From assembly GCF_009914755.1 (NCBI RefSeq), contig NC_060935.1: 64,000 nucleotides of DNA; one strand, written 5' to 3'. This DNA comes from the human T2T-CHM13v2.0 reference genome, Homo sapiens. Positions within the stretch are counted from its first letter, which is position 1. Each line of letters begins with the position of its first letter. Under the pieces are notes generated by a model that was given only the letters and a program-made list of their open reading frames with translations, had not been told where the DNA came from and made no database searches. A program made the position numbers and the translations under genes. Shown here piece after piece: positions 45,750 through 64,000 of the stretch.

Positions 45750-47200
45750 CCTACTTCTCTCTGTCAGCTATACAAATTAGGTTATCTCTGAGGATACCCT
45801 TTTTCAGTTCTGTCATGAGTCTCCTGTTTCCCAGATCCCATAGTTTCCTGTCTTGGTTTACTCCCTTGTCTTGGTAGCACAAACATTCTACTACTTCTTG
45901 ATAAAGGAGGCATAGGGTGGTAAATTTTTTGAGACCCTATATGTCTGAAGATGTCTTGATTCTACCAATACTCGGCAATTTGTTTGGCTAAATACAATAC
46001 AACTCTGCTTCAGAAATCAATTTTTTCCCAACATCTGAAGGCATGGTTCTATTGTCTTCTACGTTCCAGTGTTGCCACTGAGAAGTCTGAAACCTTGTGT
46101 TACCACTCTCATTCTTAATCCCTGTATATTACCTACTTTCTTGTACAATTTTAGAATCTTTTCTTTATGTGTTGTACAAAATTTCATAATGATATGCATT
46201 GGTATTGGGCAAGATAAACTTACATCTGTCAGGCCTGGATGACTTTTTTGTATTAATTCTTTGGTCATTTCCTCTCCCTCTATTTTCTCTCTTCTCTCTC
46301 TGACACTCACCAGACATCTTGAACTGACCCCCCAATTTCCTTTCCTGTTTTCCATCTTTTTGTCTTTTGGTTCTACTTTTTAGAAGACAGTATTATCTTC
46401 CAACCTTTCCTTTGTACTTTTTATGTCTGCTAATATATTTATCTAAAGGGCTCTCGTTTATTCTCTGAGTTTCTTTATAAACTCAAAATTCTTGTTTTGT
46501 AGATTAACATATTCCCTTTAACTAAACATACTTTCTTAGTTTCTACAAGGTTTTTTCATTATCCTATTTGTTTTGTCTGTTTTTCATATTGGAGGCTGTA
46601 TTAGGTTGTTCTTGCATTGTTAAAGAAATACCTGAGACTGGGTAATTTATAAGAAAAGAAGTTTAATTGGCCCATGGTTCTGCAGGCTGTACAGGAAGCA
46701 TAGCACTGGCATCTGCTTCTGGTGAGGCCTAAGGAAGCTTTTACTCGTGGTGGAAGGTGAAGTGGGAGCTTGCACATCACATGGTGAAAGCAGGAGCAAG
46801 AGCAAGGCAGGCAGGTGCCACACACTTTTAAACAACCAGATCTCGTGAAAACGAGATCATTCACTATCTTGAGGACAGCACCAAGCCATAAGGAATCTGC
46901 CCCCTTGACGCACACACCTCCCACCAGGTCCCACCTCCAACATTGGGGTTTACATCTCAACATGAGATTTGGGTGGATAAATATCTAAACCATATCAGAG
47001 GCTTTCTTCAAATGTCCAGTAATCCTTAACTACCTATTCATATTTAAAAATGAGGTATTAAAATGCTGGCTGAAAGTTTTGTCAAATGGTAGGTTTCACT
47101 GTGGATTGATCTGGCTGAGCTATTTCACTGGGAAAGCTTAACTGTAGCAGCTATAGTCTTTTCTCTCGGGCAGGTTAGCTTCCCCTGAAAGGAATCTTCC
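45750..47200 (-). mobile_element. HAL1/L1ME ORF1-like relic
   Basis: Degenerate ORF1-like sequence (ORF 46059-46355). Confidence 0.5.
46597..46997 (-). mobile_element. MSTA-type solo LTR
   Basis: tgtattagg...aaaccatatca with a perfect 5-bp TSD gaggc (46592-46596, 46998-47002). Confidence 0.88.
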
Positions 47201-47304
47201 ATTTTTCTGCCAGAGAGTTAGGCTAGTTGCCCTCTCAATGAGGATACTGGGCTGGAAGGTCTCACCATTTAGAATTCAGACTTCCAACCTCTTGTCAATA
47301 TCAT

Positions 47305-47503
47305 ACTCGTAGTAGTAAACTGATAAACTAGCTCTCAAAAAAAAAAAAAAAGCCTGATTTGAGGCATTTGCCATTTTCATTCATGTTAAATATTCACATC
47401 ATAGTTAATTTCAAACTACCATTGGTTTAACAACCAGTTCACAAAATTCCTTAATATCTAACAACCAGCCCCCACTGGCAAAAGCTGGCTCCAGCAAACC
47501 ACT
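47305..47503 (-). mobile_element. MER63-like hAT-Blackjack element
   Basis: tttaacaaccagttcacaaaattcc...agctggctccagcaaaccact. Confidence 0.65.
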
Positions 47504-47991
47504 AGATCCCCTTCCCCCCAAACCTCAGCTGTTCCTCAGATTCTCCAACAGAAACCTCCAATCTTCTGCAAAGTAGGAGAGGAGCACTGTCTACTTGGGC
47601 AGGGTGGGAAAGAAAATATGGGATTGCAATGGCTTCTTATATAGATTTAGTTTCTGCCTTCAGCTGCATACTGTACTTCTAGAGGCACATGATACTTGCA
47701 AATCCTGACCATTTCTGCACCTTTGATTTCGTTTCTACTTCTTCTCTTGTGCTAAGTAAATTACCATTGTCCATCTGGTTCCCACTTTTTAGTACTATTA
47801 CTGTTTCCTCCCCATTTCCTTGTCCTTGTGGATATATTAGTGTCATTTTATTGCAGTTTCAAAAATATGTAATGTGGGGTTAAACATGCTTAACTAGAAG
47901 TCCTGACCAGGCAATATCTAAACTTAGAAAGACTATGAGTTTATTCATGTTCATCTTTCAGTCATTAAGAAAATTTAATGAGCTGCTATGA

Positions 47992-48359
<368 letters not shown>

Positions 48360-48382
48360 ATGGAGTTTATATTCTAACAGGG

Positions 48383-48420
48383 ATTGTTTCCTGGCCTTTT
48401 GGCTAAGATTAAGTATAGTA
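48383..48420 (+). pseudogene. 3'-truncated U2 snRNA retrocopy (U2 nt 1 to about 36-38)
   Basis: attgtttcctggccttttggctaagattaagtatagta versus U2 5' end ATCGCTTCTCGGCCTTTTGGCTAAGATCAAGTGTAGTA. Flanked by tatattctaacagg and tatattctattagg. Confidence 0.85.
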
Positions 48421-48471
48421 TATTCTATTAGGAAATTATTTGGGGTATTTTTGCATCTGGATAACAGAGAG

Positions 48472-49728
48472 AGCTGATCTAGCAATTTTGTTAGATCAGC
48501 TACACTAAGACCACAACTCTTAACCTGCCCCTTCATGAGCTCTAAGTCCAGTACTTATGTACCATTGAATTCTACAGCGCCTATGGTAGTCATAAATATG
48601 TAGTTATGTGTTTTCTGAGTTAATGGTGACTGTAAATATAATTCCAGGATCTTTTGACTATGACTACCAATAACTTAGATAATCCAAATGCCTCTCTCTT
48701 TTGAAAACCATCTCTGAAAAAAATTGATATTGTGAAAGTTCACAATGAAGCCATTTGCTAATGCTTTAATCTTCCAAAAACTAACTAAATGACCCTAGTT
48801 AATACTATGAAAAAATACTATGAAAAAAACTAAATATATTATTCTTGTTAATACTATGACTACAGGAACATAACTATGCTTATAACTGGACTAAACTATA
48901 ATTAAATCACAATAGAAAATATTTCCTATCATGAGAATTTAGCTTTCTATGCTCTAAATTTTACTACTAGAAAAGTAAGACAGATGACAGCATGATTGCA
49001 GAGCACTGAAAAACAGTTGGCCATTATCAAGAGTAATGATCCCTTTTAGTACAGGTAGAATGAGAATGCTCCTCAAGAAAACACCTGAGATATCTATGCA
49101 ACATAATCCTCAGCAACAGTTCAACATTAATATTTTGTTATGCTATATTTCAGTGGTTCTCAGATACCAGTCTGCAGACAAGTACTGATCCATGACAAAA
49201 CATTCACTAGTCCATGGCAAAAAATGTCAATATAAGGTCATCAAATGTCTTTTCTTATAAAGGACTATCCTTTATCCTGAGATTATGTCCTTAATATATG
49301 TTTGATGTTAAAATGTTCTCTTTCATAAAATGATAGTAATGATAGATTGTATTGTTTGCATTTTTAATATCTTTACTTACCAAAATAAAAAGCTGACAAT
49401 TCTGTTTTTGACAATACTTTAAAATTTTAGTTTTATAAAATCTAGCTTCTCTATATACTATCAAGGTTCAGGTAATACTTGTGGCAGTTAAAAAGAAAGG
49501 CATTTGAGAGAAAAAGAGAGAAGCATTTGATTATCTAATGATTGGTAGTCACAGTCAAAATATCCTGGAATTATATTTATAGTCACCATTAACTCAGAGA
49601 AACACGTAACTGTATATAGGCTCTGTAGAATTCAGCAGTATGTAAGTACTGGATTTAGAGCTCATGAAGGGGCAAGTTAAGAGTTATGATCTTAGTATAA
49701 CTGATCTAACAAAATTGCTAGATAAGCT
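48472..49728. repeat. About 230-bp inverted repeat of apparently unique DNA (48472-48702 and 49511-49728)
   Basis: Continuous reverse-complement alignment with one indel of about 13 nt. Confidence 0.9.
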
Positions 49729-50339
49729 GTCATAGATCTAGGAAAAATATCTTAACAGTATGTTATAGAAATAGTGCTGGATTAGAATCACGACAGATTT
49801 AATCCTAATTTTGTCACTAATTTTGAGGCTTTGAACCACACTGTGTACATTTCCTGGGTCTCTCTTTTCATTAAATGAAATGGTTGGATTAGATGATCTT
49901 TAATGTTGTGTTTGGCCTAAAAATCTATGTTTCAGCTCATTTATTTGGATTAGAAGATGCTCTTGGTAACAGCTATTCATAAAGAACCTAGTTAAATTAT
50001 ATCATATGTTGCTTGGGAGAAGGTTCAACATATTAGAGAAATAGTTCCAATTATCTAACTATAGAGTGGGCAGGGGAGATGGGAGGTTAGTACTTGCTAA
50101 CAGCTGGACTTTCAGAGAAACTTTTTTTGCTAGTCTTATATCAGAATAGGTGAAGGGATTAAAAGAAGGGAGAGGTCTGACATTAGGATACCACCTCTCC
50201 CTCCCTCTTCTATAGTATTTGGGACACGTAAGAGAAATAAGGAAGGCAAAACTTTCGTTACATGATAAGCCATAGAACATCAATGGTGAGGAGATATTAA
50301 TAAATGTTGCATTGCTCAGGTTCAATTTGGTTCCATTCA

Positions 50340-51284
50340 ATGATAGACTCTGCATAATTTGTTGGGCCTGGTACAAAATGAAAAACACAGGGAAAAAAGT
50401 GCTACTAAAGGTACTAAAATATACAACTTTTTCTTTTCTTTGCAGACCCTCCCTCTCTTTCAATTTGTCATGGTGCTTTTTATTTTCTATTTAATATCAT
50501 GATCCCCTAGGCTTGGGGATACTCACCAGGCAAACACAGACCCTCATAAGGTGCCTAAGGGCCTCATCACACAACTCAGCATGAGTGAGAGCCACCAGCT
50601 ACCAGGTTCCCTGTCCTGCCAGCTGCTAGACCCATCTACTATGTCCTGGACGTGGGTGGGGAAGAGAATCTTCCCTTCCCATGGGGCCTTCACCCCAACC
50701 CATGGCAAATGGGTGACTCTCAAGGGACTGCAACTGCCAGGAGGTATGCACTCAGTACCTGGACTGGGGATTCATCCTCCCTGCAGACCCCCACCAAGTC
50801 ACCTGCCTAACACTTGAAGGCACTGCCAACCTGCAACAAAGACAACTGTTGTTATGTCTCACCCCAAAATACTGTGGGGTACATGCACACAACCTAGGCC
50901 CTCCCTGCCTGCACCTACACCCCAACAAAAGAGTAAAGGTCAACAGTAGAACACAGACCTTTCCCCCAAATGTGACCCAGTCAAACTGCACCAGTGGCAG
51001 GACGGGAACGAGGAGTAGGAGGCAAAGCAGGACGTAGGTCCCCAGAGGGCGGAAGAGCCAGCAGCCAAGAACCAGTCCTGGGAGGTAGTGGAAATACCTG
51101 AGCTGAGGATTCAAGCCCCTAGCACATGCTCCATTACCATTAGACTTCATTTACAGAATGTAAATTCAAAATAAAATCTTCAAGACAGTGACCATGAAAC
51201 ATTAAACCTGAAGCAGAAGGCCATTCTGAGTGTGGGTCCCTATGATGCCAGTGCACTGGTCACATACTCATGAAACTGGCCCTG
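50340..51284 (-). mobile_element. MER45-family hAT-Tip100 transposon (about 945 bp)
   Basis: Reverse complement starts cagggccagtttcatga...ctcagaa...ggtttaatg...gtcttgaa and ends ttcattttgtaccaggcccaacaaattatg. Confidence 0.78.
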
Positions 51285-51550
51285 GCCTTGACTGATGGTA
51301 GTTTTTATGTGGGAGGTAATTGTAGTTTTCTTGGGAAATGTTCAGCTTTACCCTGAACCCCTTTAGAAGGATAGAAGTATCTTCTACTGGCCACCCCAGT
51401 GGAACATATCCCCAACCCCTTTTCTGAATTGGACATCCCATCACTTGGCCCAGTGGCTTACAGGGCAGTTCCTGCTCCTCCACTAATCTCCATGGTTCCT
51501 TCATGTGAAGCCAAAGAACCACTAAGGTTTTTTAAGAATAATACACTTCA

Positions 51551-52033
<483 letters not shown>

Positions 52034-52569
52034 TCAGCTTTATAAGGGGAAATGCGCCTGCCTCTGCTAGGGATGTAAGAGAAAAAGCCTCTTTTTTGAA
52101 CCCTGCACTCCCAAATTATCAATGGCCAACAATGTCTTCTCCTTCCCAGTCATTTCCTTATATATACTGGAAAGAGGATGATGAGGTGTTTGTTGTGGTA
52201 ACAGCGCCAATTTTATCATATTCCTGTGAAGAGAGATCTACCCCAAACTTCTGAGAGCTGGCTGAATGCTCTCTTAAACTGAGTTGACACTTTCACCTTT
52301 TATTTTCAGTGTTGGATTGTGACCACAATTCTAAGACAAAAAAAAAATCCTATTCATTCTGTTGTAACAGAGTGGATTTTTCATTTTGCAAAATTAAGTC
52401 AGATACTTGATAAAATTTAACATTTCACTAGTGACATAAATGTGAATAATATATGTTCATTACTTTAGACACTGAAAACAAGTTGAAGGAAGTCAATATC
52501 TTACCCCTAGAATTCAAAATAATCTCAATAAAACTGGACAGAAAAATAAACTAAACAGGAAGTTAATTA

Positions 52570-52752
<183 letters not shown>

Positions 52753-53481
52753 TCAATTTAAAAGTTTTAAGATAGGTATGTTTCTAAAATCATTCTTCAC
52801 ATACATTTTCTAGTTTCCTAACTCACTGTATTTATAGTTTAATTTCAATACTTTATATTAAACTAATGGCACATCTAATGGTATCTAAAATTTCTATTAC
52901 ATTATTTCCAAGAGTCCCTCAAATAATTAACAAAGTTTTTTGGAATAAACTGTGGATTCTAAGACACATGTGAAGAATTCAAAACTAAAATAAAGATTTT
53001 TTGGCTTGCCACCTCCCAACAGTAAATATATCACTACTAAAATGTCATATGAGGTATAATATTATAAAATGTCATAATGGGCTAGGGTGTCATGGCATAC
53101 ATTCAGAGTCAAATGGAGGAAAAGCAGAAGAGAAAACAGAAACAGGAGGAATATTCTTTCACACATATTTTAAAAAATGAATAATTGTAAGCATCAAATA
53201 GACTCAAATGAGAGTATAATGTCCTGAAAAAGTATGCACTACACATAAATAAACTTCAATAATTATTTGTTAGGGTATCACTGGTCTAATCTATCAAGGA
53301 AAAAACTAAGGTATTTTTTAATGAAAGTATATTGAGACTGATTTTAAAAAGTATACACATGTACATTTAATACACATTAACTGAGTGCCTACTATGTGCT
53401 ATGCATGATTCCACTTATTTTTTACATTTTATCTGATTTTTAGAATATTTACTGGCTTCCAAATAGCTTATGATTGCTTAC

Positions 53482-53541
53482 CTGTTTTTCTTCTTGAATA
53501 TGGGTAATCTCTTCATTAATCTTCTCATTTAATTCCAATTC
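53482..53541 (-). CDS. CCDC73: CCDC73 coiled-coil exon (60 nt)
   Basis: attttaaag|GAA; ELELNEKINEEITHIQEEKQ; CAG|gtaagc. Confidence 0.9.
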
Positions 53542-53564
53542 CTTTAAAATTTGAATAGTTTTAA

Positions 53565-53976
<412 letters not shown>

Positions 53977-54338
53977 CCAAAGTACCCACATTTGTTTGTG
54001 GTTTAAACAGTGACTTCAGTGAACTGAAGAAGATATTATATACCAACAAAGCTTGGTGCAAACTTGTAAATGTTAAAAACTATAAACTCATCTCCAAAGC
54101 TGTCCTGGAGATACCACTGTACCACAAGATTACTCAAAACCATATTCAAGTAGAAATAAAATAGTTCTAGCCAAATCTTATTGTCCTAAAGTCTATGGCA
54201 AAAATTAATAAAAAAACAGATTAATAATACCTTTAACTATGCATATTGACTTTGCAAAGGCGGAGTATTTTTGTGTTACAATTCTGAAATTCTCATAAGT
54301 TTTATTGAAAATATTAATGTTATAAACAAATACATTTA

Positions 54339-54584
<246 letters not shown>

Positions 54585-55521
54585 TTATATTTCATATATC
54601 AAGATAATACTACTGGTCCATTAAAGTGTATTTTCCCTAGTTCCCTTGCAAGATTAGCCAAGGTGGGAACATAATCTGCGGTTGTGGATCAGGCAAAGTT
54701 AATCAATCATAAAGAGATTGACTGCATGACTTTTAATCTTAAAAGGAGTGTACTAACAAAATCAACTAACTAACCAGAAGTACAGTGTTTCCATTATTTA
54801 TTAAACAAATACCTTCTGAGATAAAAAGATAACAAGGAAATCTCAATTCCCAAATTTATTAGCCTCTAATAGGAAAAATTATGTAAGAAATAATTACAAT
54901 ACAATGTAATGAGTGCTATATTAGAAAAATGAATAAAAAACATAAACTGTATCAAAACGGTATTACATGTGAAGGTGCTATTTGAACTGAATCTTTAAAG
55001 ATCAATTTGCAAAGAAGACAACAAAGGGGTAGGCATTCCAGGCAAAAGGTTCTACATGCACAAAGCCACAGAAACATGAAAGAGAACGATATTTTTCAGG
55101 GAAACAGAACTAATAAGATATGACTGGAGCTAATGTGTTATTTCAGGGGACAGAGTAGAATATTGGTAGTTGTGTCTAGAAATTTGGCAGGATTCAAGTA
55201 TTGAGAAGGACTTGTACGTTACGCTACAGAGTTTGAATGTTATACTATAAAACAAAATGGGGAATTAACCACTGAAGGATTCTGAGTAGAAGAATGACAT
55301 AACAAAATTTGCATTTTAGAAAAATAACTCTGGCAGTGTTGTGGAGGGTGGAACTGAAGGATGTAAAAGCAGTCTTCATTTATGAAGTCACATGTTCATT
55401 GAGTTTAGCAGATACCAATCAAACACATTAAAATCTTGAAATACCAACTTTTGAATTAGTGTGCAATTGATTGTGCTGTTCTTCTGTGTATATTGACTAT
55501 ATTAAATACTCAAGAATCTGA

Positions 55522-55921
<400 letters not shown>

Positions 55922-55989
55922 AGTTTTTCTACATTATAAGAGCCGGCTGCCTACCAGAGAAGCAAAGATGCCAGGTACCAGCTTTATAA

Positions 55990-56352
55990 GCATGAGGCTA
56001 GGCTCTGCTAATCTCATGCACCTGTCTTGGATATTGGATTAGTTATCACAAAAAAACAAGGACTACTGCAAATCCATCTGTTGGTAGATAGTCAGGGAAG
56101 TGTAGTAACTTCAAGCTTCTATGGGTGAGTGATACCGCAGCAGCAGCATCAGCAGCATCCACTATGGTCAGCAATGATGGTATAAGCTGTGATATACAGT
56201 ATTCAAAAGTGGAAGCTGGTTTTATGCTATAGTCTTGGATACTGCATAGCCTCCCTTGTTTGTAATCATTTTTCAAGTCCGAGATAACCAATGCCCTTCC
56301 AATAAATTCCTTTGCTGACTAAATCAGTGTGCAATTAAGAATCCTGACTACT
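55990..56352 (+). mobile_element. ERVL-type LTR relic (LTR33-like)
   Basis: 3' end ccaataaattcctttgct...gcaattaagaatcctgacta. Confidence 0.5.
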
Positions 56353-57045
56353 TCATTTTTTTAAAGGTCTTAAGAACTGGATAAACAACAAACTTTTGAC
56401 TCTTTTGTAGAAGTAAGTTGATTTATTAGAGTGGCAAGATTATAGGAAATTTTTATTTTCTTCATTATGTGATTAGTATTTTCTATTTTTCGTAAAATAA
56501 AAACATTTTTTGTAGTTTTAAAATCGTATTTAAGCTGTAAAAACAGGTACTATCACATAGAGAGTTATTAGAGGATAGAAAATGGAAAATGACTCAATCC
56601 TAAGAAAAATTCATAGATTAGAGAAGAAGCCAGTATATAAGGCTGAGAAATAAAGTCAACTGAGATAGGAGGAAACCCAAAAGGAAGCTGAAAGAGGAGC
56701 AGCAGAAAACAGGGCTACTAATACCTTCAAAGTTCTACATGTTACAGCTTTAGCCACCCAGGGAAAAACTCACCCAAGTATATCCTAACTCCAAATTCAA
56801 AATCCAGGAGAAAGGACTCATTGGTCTTAGTTCAAATATCACCTTTGGATATGTACACTGCATAAAATGACTGCTAAAGTAACCACGTGAGTCAAGAGAT
56901 AGGGCTCTATTCTTAGAAAAGCAGGCAGACAAATTGATGTCTGGCATAAAGAGAACAATTAGTATATATCGAAGGAATGAACCAAAGTTTGAATGAAGGG
57001 GGTAGACCTTGAGCTGGGCCTTGAAGAATGAGTAGTATAGTGGAT

Positions 57046-57869
57046 ATCCTCCATTTATCACTCCTGATTCACTTCCCACCCTTTCTCCACACTGCTCTGT
57101 GCCCTATGTGGCTGATATCTGTGGGTATAGCAAACTCTCTGCCTTCTGGCTCCTGATTGGGTTAAATCTGTGGGAGGTACTAGTAGATCAGTAGGCTATA
57201 AAGAGAAAGAGAATGAGGTATTTTACCAGCTCCCTCCCTACTAACCACAAATTGGTAATACCTCTATATCTTTACCAAAGATCACAGCTAATCCTAGTGA
57301 TTTGGGAGGCTAAGGCAGGAGGATTGCTTGAAGCCAAGAGTTCAAAACTATTCTGGGCAACAAAGCAAGACCCTGTCTCTAAATAAATAAAAAGATAAGC
57401 CAGGCATGATGGTGTATGCCTCTGGTCCTAGCTACTCAGGAAGCTGAAGCTGGAGGATCACTTGAGCCTAGGAGTTCAAAGCTGCAGTGACCGATAATTG
57501 CGCCACAGTGACCCCCCACCGCCCCCATCTCTTAAAAATAAAAACCCACCCCCTACCCTAGTCTCTTTAAAAAAAAAAAGAAAAAGAAAAAAAACCCCCA
57601 CAGCTTCTGCCTTAGGCTTTCTTCTGCAGCTATAGCTACAGCTCTTTCCAGATTCCAGCATCTGCTTCATTCCCTTATCTCTTCAGGTACAGGTGTGCTA
57701 ATCATTCTCCCACTACTTTTATCTGTGGGGTGCTTCACCATCCCTTGTTGTTTTCCCTTACCTCTGTCTACAACTACGTAAATAGCTTTCATTTACGTAG
57801 TTCATTAATCTTTTCTCAATTACCATTCCACCGTGCCACCTCTTTCCTGGTCCAACCCTGTTTAGTACA
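57046..57869 (+). mobile_element. LTR41-like ERVL LTR with a nested AluJ (57290-57595)
   Basis: ctccacactgctctgtgccc...ctctgccttctggctcctgattgggtt, ending gtgccacctctttcctg...accctgtttagtaca. Confidence 0.6.
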
Positions 57870-59196
57870 AGTACATTGAGAGAAAGCATTTCAAGTATGG
57901 GAAGGGATGTAGAGGAAAACAAAACCAAAAGGCAGAAAGAACTAAGAATTATGCTAATGGCAACAAAGAATTTTGGCTAAAATAGAATGGAAGATGCTTG
58001 TTAAGAAGCAATAACAAACAATATTGAACATGTAGAATGGACCAGATCATGAAAGCTCTGGAAAGCCAATTAAAGAAGCCTGGGACTTGATTTGGTAGGC
58101 AAAGGAGAATTATTTATCATTTCTTCTACATATACCAAGTACCTCCTGTGTGTCAGGCACATAGAAGTTAAATCAGTATCTTAGTAAACTTAGTCTGGCA
58201 AAAAGAATGAATAAAAACTTGAGAAAAGAACACTGGCTAAGAGGCTATTATATTAATCCAGGCATGAGATGATGAGTGTCTATAGTATTGAAAAATGGAA
58301 AGTAAAAAATATGAGACATTCTAAAGAAAAATATAATAGACTGAACAAAGAGAATAAAGGAAAAAGATGAGTCAAAAATGAGTCAAAGATGATTCTAGAG
58401 TGACTAAGTGAAACTGGAAGAAAGGAAAAGGGGACCATGAAATGCGAAAGGAAGAAACACAAAAATGGAAAGGAAATAGAAAGTGTGCTTCACTGATGGA
58501 AGAGACAAAAAGTATATTTAAAATTACACAAAATAAGAGACAGAAAATGTCCTGAGACAGATTCTTTCAAAAGCTAAAAAAATACAAATTATTAAGCCTG
58601 AACCATAGGTTAACTATTCTCAAAAAAGTCCTTCATTTACATTTTTTTCAAATTACAAAAGGCTGAACATGAGGAATTCCCTCAAATAAAGTTTCTATGT
58701 ATCAGTCATGATTCACCTTCACAGGCAGCAAGATAGCTTCCTTTGAAAGGAGAGTTACATGAATTTTTTTTTTCAGAGGTAGAGTGGATGGGAGAGTGAA
58801 GAACCCAATGTGTGACCTGTTAACCCTGAAGTTACAATAAGTCACAAAAGGAGATGATCTACAGGTAGTTGAACATATAGAACCAGAGATTAAGAGAAAT
58901 GTGAGATTGAAAAACTATGTATGCCGTCATGCACATGAAGTGAATGGTTGACTAAAGTCTGAGCTCACTGAAACAAAGACTTTGAGAAAAGCAAAACTCT
59001 ATCCCAAAACTCTATCCTTACAGAGTTTTGGAAGAATGGAGGAAAAAGATAATCAGGGAGTCAGAGGAATTTATTTTAAGAGTAGACGACCTTGGAAAAG
59101 TTAACTATGACATAAATGTCATAAACCAATCATTTTATGTTTTAAACATCCATAAATTTGTACAAAACACAGTATTTGGTAATGAAAAACACAAAG

Positions 59197-59617
59197 TGTC
59201 AGTAACACTTAGGATGCTTTAGCTATAAATATCAGAAAACCATAACTAAACCACAAAATAATCAGGAAATTTACTATCCTATAACAGGGACCACAAAGTT
59301 AGGCAGGCTGGTTGACCTGGATACTCGATATAGTTCAATATAGACTAGTTATTTTCATGTCTCCACTTTCCATTCTTGGGCCTCTTCCTTAGACTATTAA
59401 CAAGAGGCCAATTCAGGTATTACATGGCAATTGTATCATTCTGGGACTCATTAAAGAGAAAGAAAATGTTTCCTTGAACTACCTCTTGCTTGCCAGAATT
59501 GGATCACATGCTCATTCCTGAACCAAACACTGCCATGAGGAATAGAGTAATATTAATTGGCTTGGAGACGGAATGAGGTGGAATGAATGTTGGGGAATTA
59601 TCACAATGTCAGTTACA
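59197..59617 (-). mobile_element. Old MLT1 LTR relic
   Basis: gccagaattggatcacatgctcattcctgaaccaa motif. Confidence 0.55.
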
Positions 59618-60086
59618 AGAACAGTTTCAGCTAATGTTATAAAAATTACAGATTGCTTAGAATACTACTGATTACAACCATTATGCAAAACAAAGCGAGG
59701 CAAGGTGGAAAATCTTTTTTATAAGCTGCTTGACATTAATTCACCCAGTCTCTTTGGGTCAGTTCTCTCTACCAAAAAAAAAAAAAAAAAAAAAAAAAAC
59801 AGGTTGGATCCAGTTAACCACTTTCAAATCACGCCCTGAGAAGTTTTAGCAGTTCCATGGTACCCCTCCAGGGCTGCTAACAGAGAAGAGAAGCCAACAG
59901 GTATAGCTCCAGGATTCTTCCAACCCTTCCTTCAACCACAAAGGCTCTACCTTTATTTGCTTCAATATTGAGCTTCTACATCTTTTCAAAGTGCTTTTTC
60001 ATACATTTTATAATTTTATATTTATTATACATATATAAAACAGGAAAAGCAGATATTATTGTATTTATATTACAAATGAGAATACC

Positions 60087-60378
60087 GGTTGGGTGTGATG
60101 GCTCATACCTGTAATCCCAGCACTTTGGGAGGCTGAGGCAGGAGGACTACTTGAGCCTAGGAATTTAAGACCAGCCTAGGCAACATAGTGAGACCCCATC
60201 TCTAAAAAAAAACAAAAATTAGTCAGGCATAGTGGCATGCCTCTGGTCACAGCTACTCAGGAGGCTGAGGTAGGAGGACTGCTTGAGCCCAGGTGTTCAC
60301 CAGCACTGCAGTGAGTTGTGATATCGCACCACTGCACTCTGCCCTGGGCAACAGAGTGAGACCCCGACTCAAAAAAAG
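60087..60378 (+). mobile_element. AluJ
   Basis: Dimeric Alu. Confidence 0.87.
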
Positions 60379-60848
60379 AGAGAGAGAGAATACAAAGGGG
60401 GTAAAGAAGAAAAGCAACACCAGTATGCTTTGGGTCATGTACCTCCTTGGGATGGCTACAGTTGAAAGGTTTAAGTTTTAAAGAAAAGGTGAAGTAATGA
60501 CTTAATATAAACAGAAGAAAAAGAAACATCATGCAGGGAATTCCACATAAGCGGGAACAGTCTAATGGAGTGGGTGAAGGTATAGAGGTAATACATTTGG
60601 GCATGTCATGGTAAAGATGATAGAAAAGGATCCTCTGGTTGGAGAAAGGGGAAGGCTGAATGAAAAAGCCCAAAAGCAGCAGAATATCGAATACCTTCAA
60701 GGTGGTGACATGCTAGTCTGCAGTTCTGCAGAGTGAAGGAATATAAGGAGCTGGTAGTTTAGGAGCATGAATTGTCAAAAATGTCCCCTTTTATTTTTTT
60801 AAGCTTTTAATTTTTATTCATCTCTTCATCAATTGGAGTGAATCGACA

Positions 60849-61229
60849 ATTTTTTTAATTATACTTTAAGTTCTATGGTACATGTGGACAACGTGCAGGT
60901 TTGTAACGTATGCATACATGTGCCATGGTGGTTTCCCGCACCCATTAACTCTTCATTTACATTAGGTGTATCTCCTAATGCTATCCCTCCCCCCTCCCCC
61001 AACCCCATGACAGGCTCTAGTGTGTGATGTTCCCCTTCCTGTGTCCAAGTGTTCTCATTGTTCAATTCCCACCTGAGAGTGAGAACATGCGGTGTTTGGA
61101 TTTTGTCCTTGCAATAGTTTGCTGAGAACGATGGTTTCCAGCTTCATCCATGTCCCTACAAAGGACATGAACTCATCCTTTTTTATGGCTGCATAGTATT
61201 CCGTGGTGTATATGTGCCACATTTTCTTT
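60849..61229 (-). mobile_element. L1PA 3' end (probable host element)
   Basis: Reverse 3' UTR, cut off at gtgccacattttcttta. Confidence 0.88.

Positions 61230-64000
<2,771 letters not shown>

Noticed and set aside
50551-51150. GC-richer island with ORFs as a promoter or gene
   Set aside because: Lies inside a MER45-family transposon and is CpG-poor.

Overview
Human genomic DNA: it carries an AluYa5 with all five diagnostic changes, a human-specific subfamily. I recognise the locus as EIF3M/CCDC73 (11p13, from prior knowledge). The + strand holds the last three coding exons of EIF3M (206-349, 1274-1334, 1791-1911). The - strand holds the last nine coding exons of CCDC73 (54348-54476 down to 2323-2532). 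All reconstructed introns are GT-AG, and the CCDC73 exons join in frame to about 864 aa. The two stop codons are only about 410 nt apart. The rest is intronic and repeat-rich: about 30 Alus, L1PA/PB/M, L2, MIR, a THE1 provirus, MSTA, MER68, LTR41, MLT1, Tigger3, MER45, MER58 and MER63. I found no prokaryote-type system, CRISPR array or new intact gene. The most interesting structures are: (1) an ancient L1 3' transduction trapped inside a Tigger3 and bounded by a TSD; (2) three independent local inverted duplications or hairpins in CCDC73 introns; (3) a unique, coding-like stretch behind a strong acceptor that may be a decayed CCDC73 exon; (4) a possible long EIF3M 3' UTR antisense to CCDC73 that contains inverted Alus; (5) a sense-oriented THE1 with an intact DUX4 motif; and (6) a TSD-flanked truncated U2 retrocopy. 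Repeat subfamily names come from recalled consensus sequences, and repeat boundaries are approximate.
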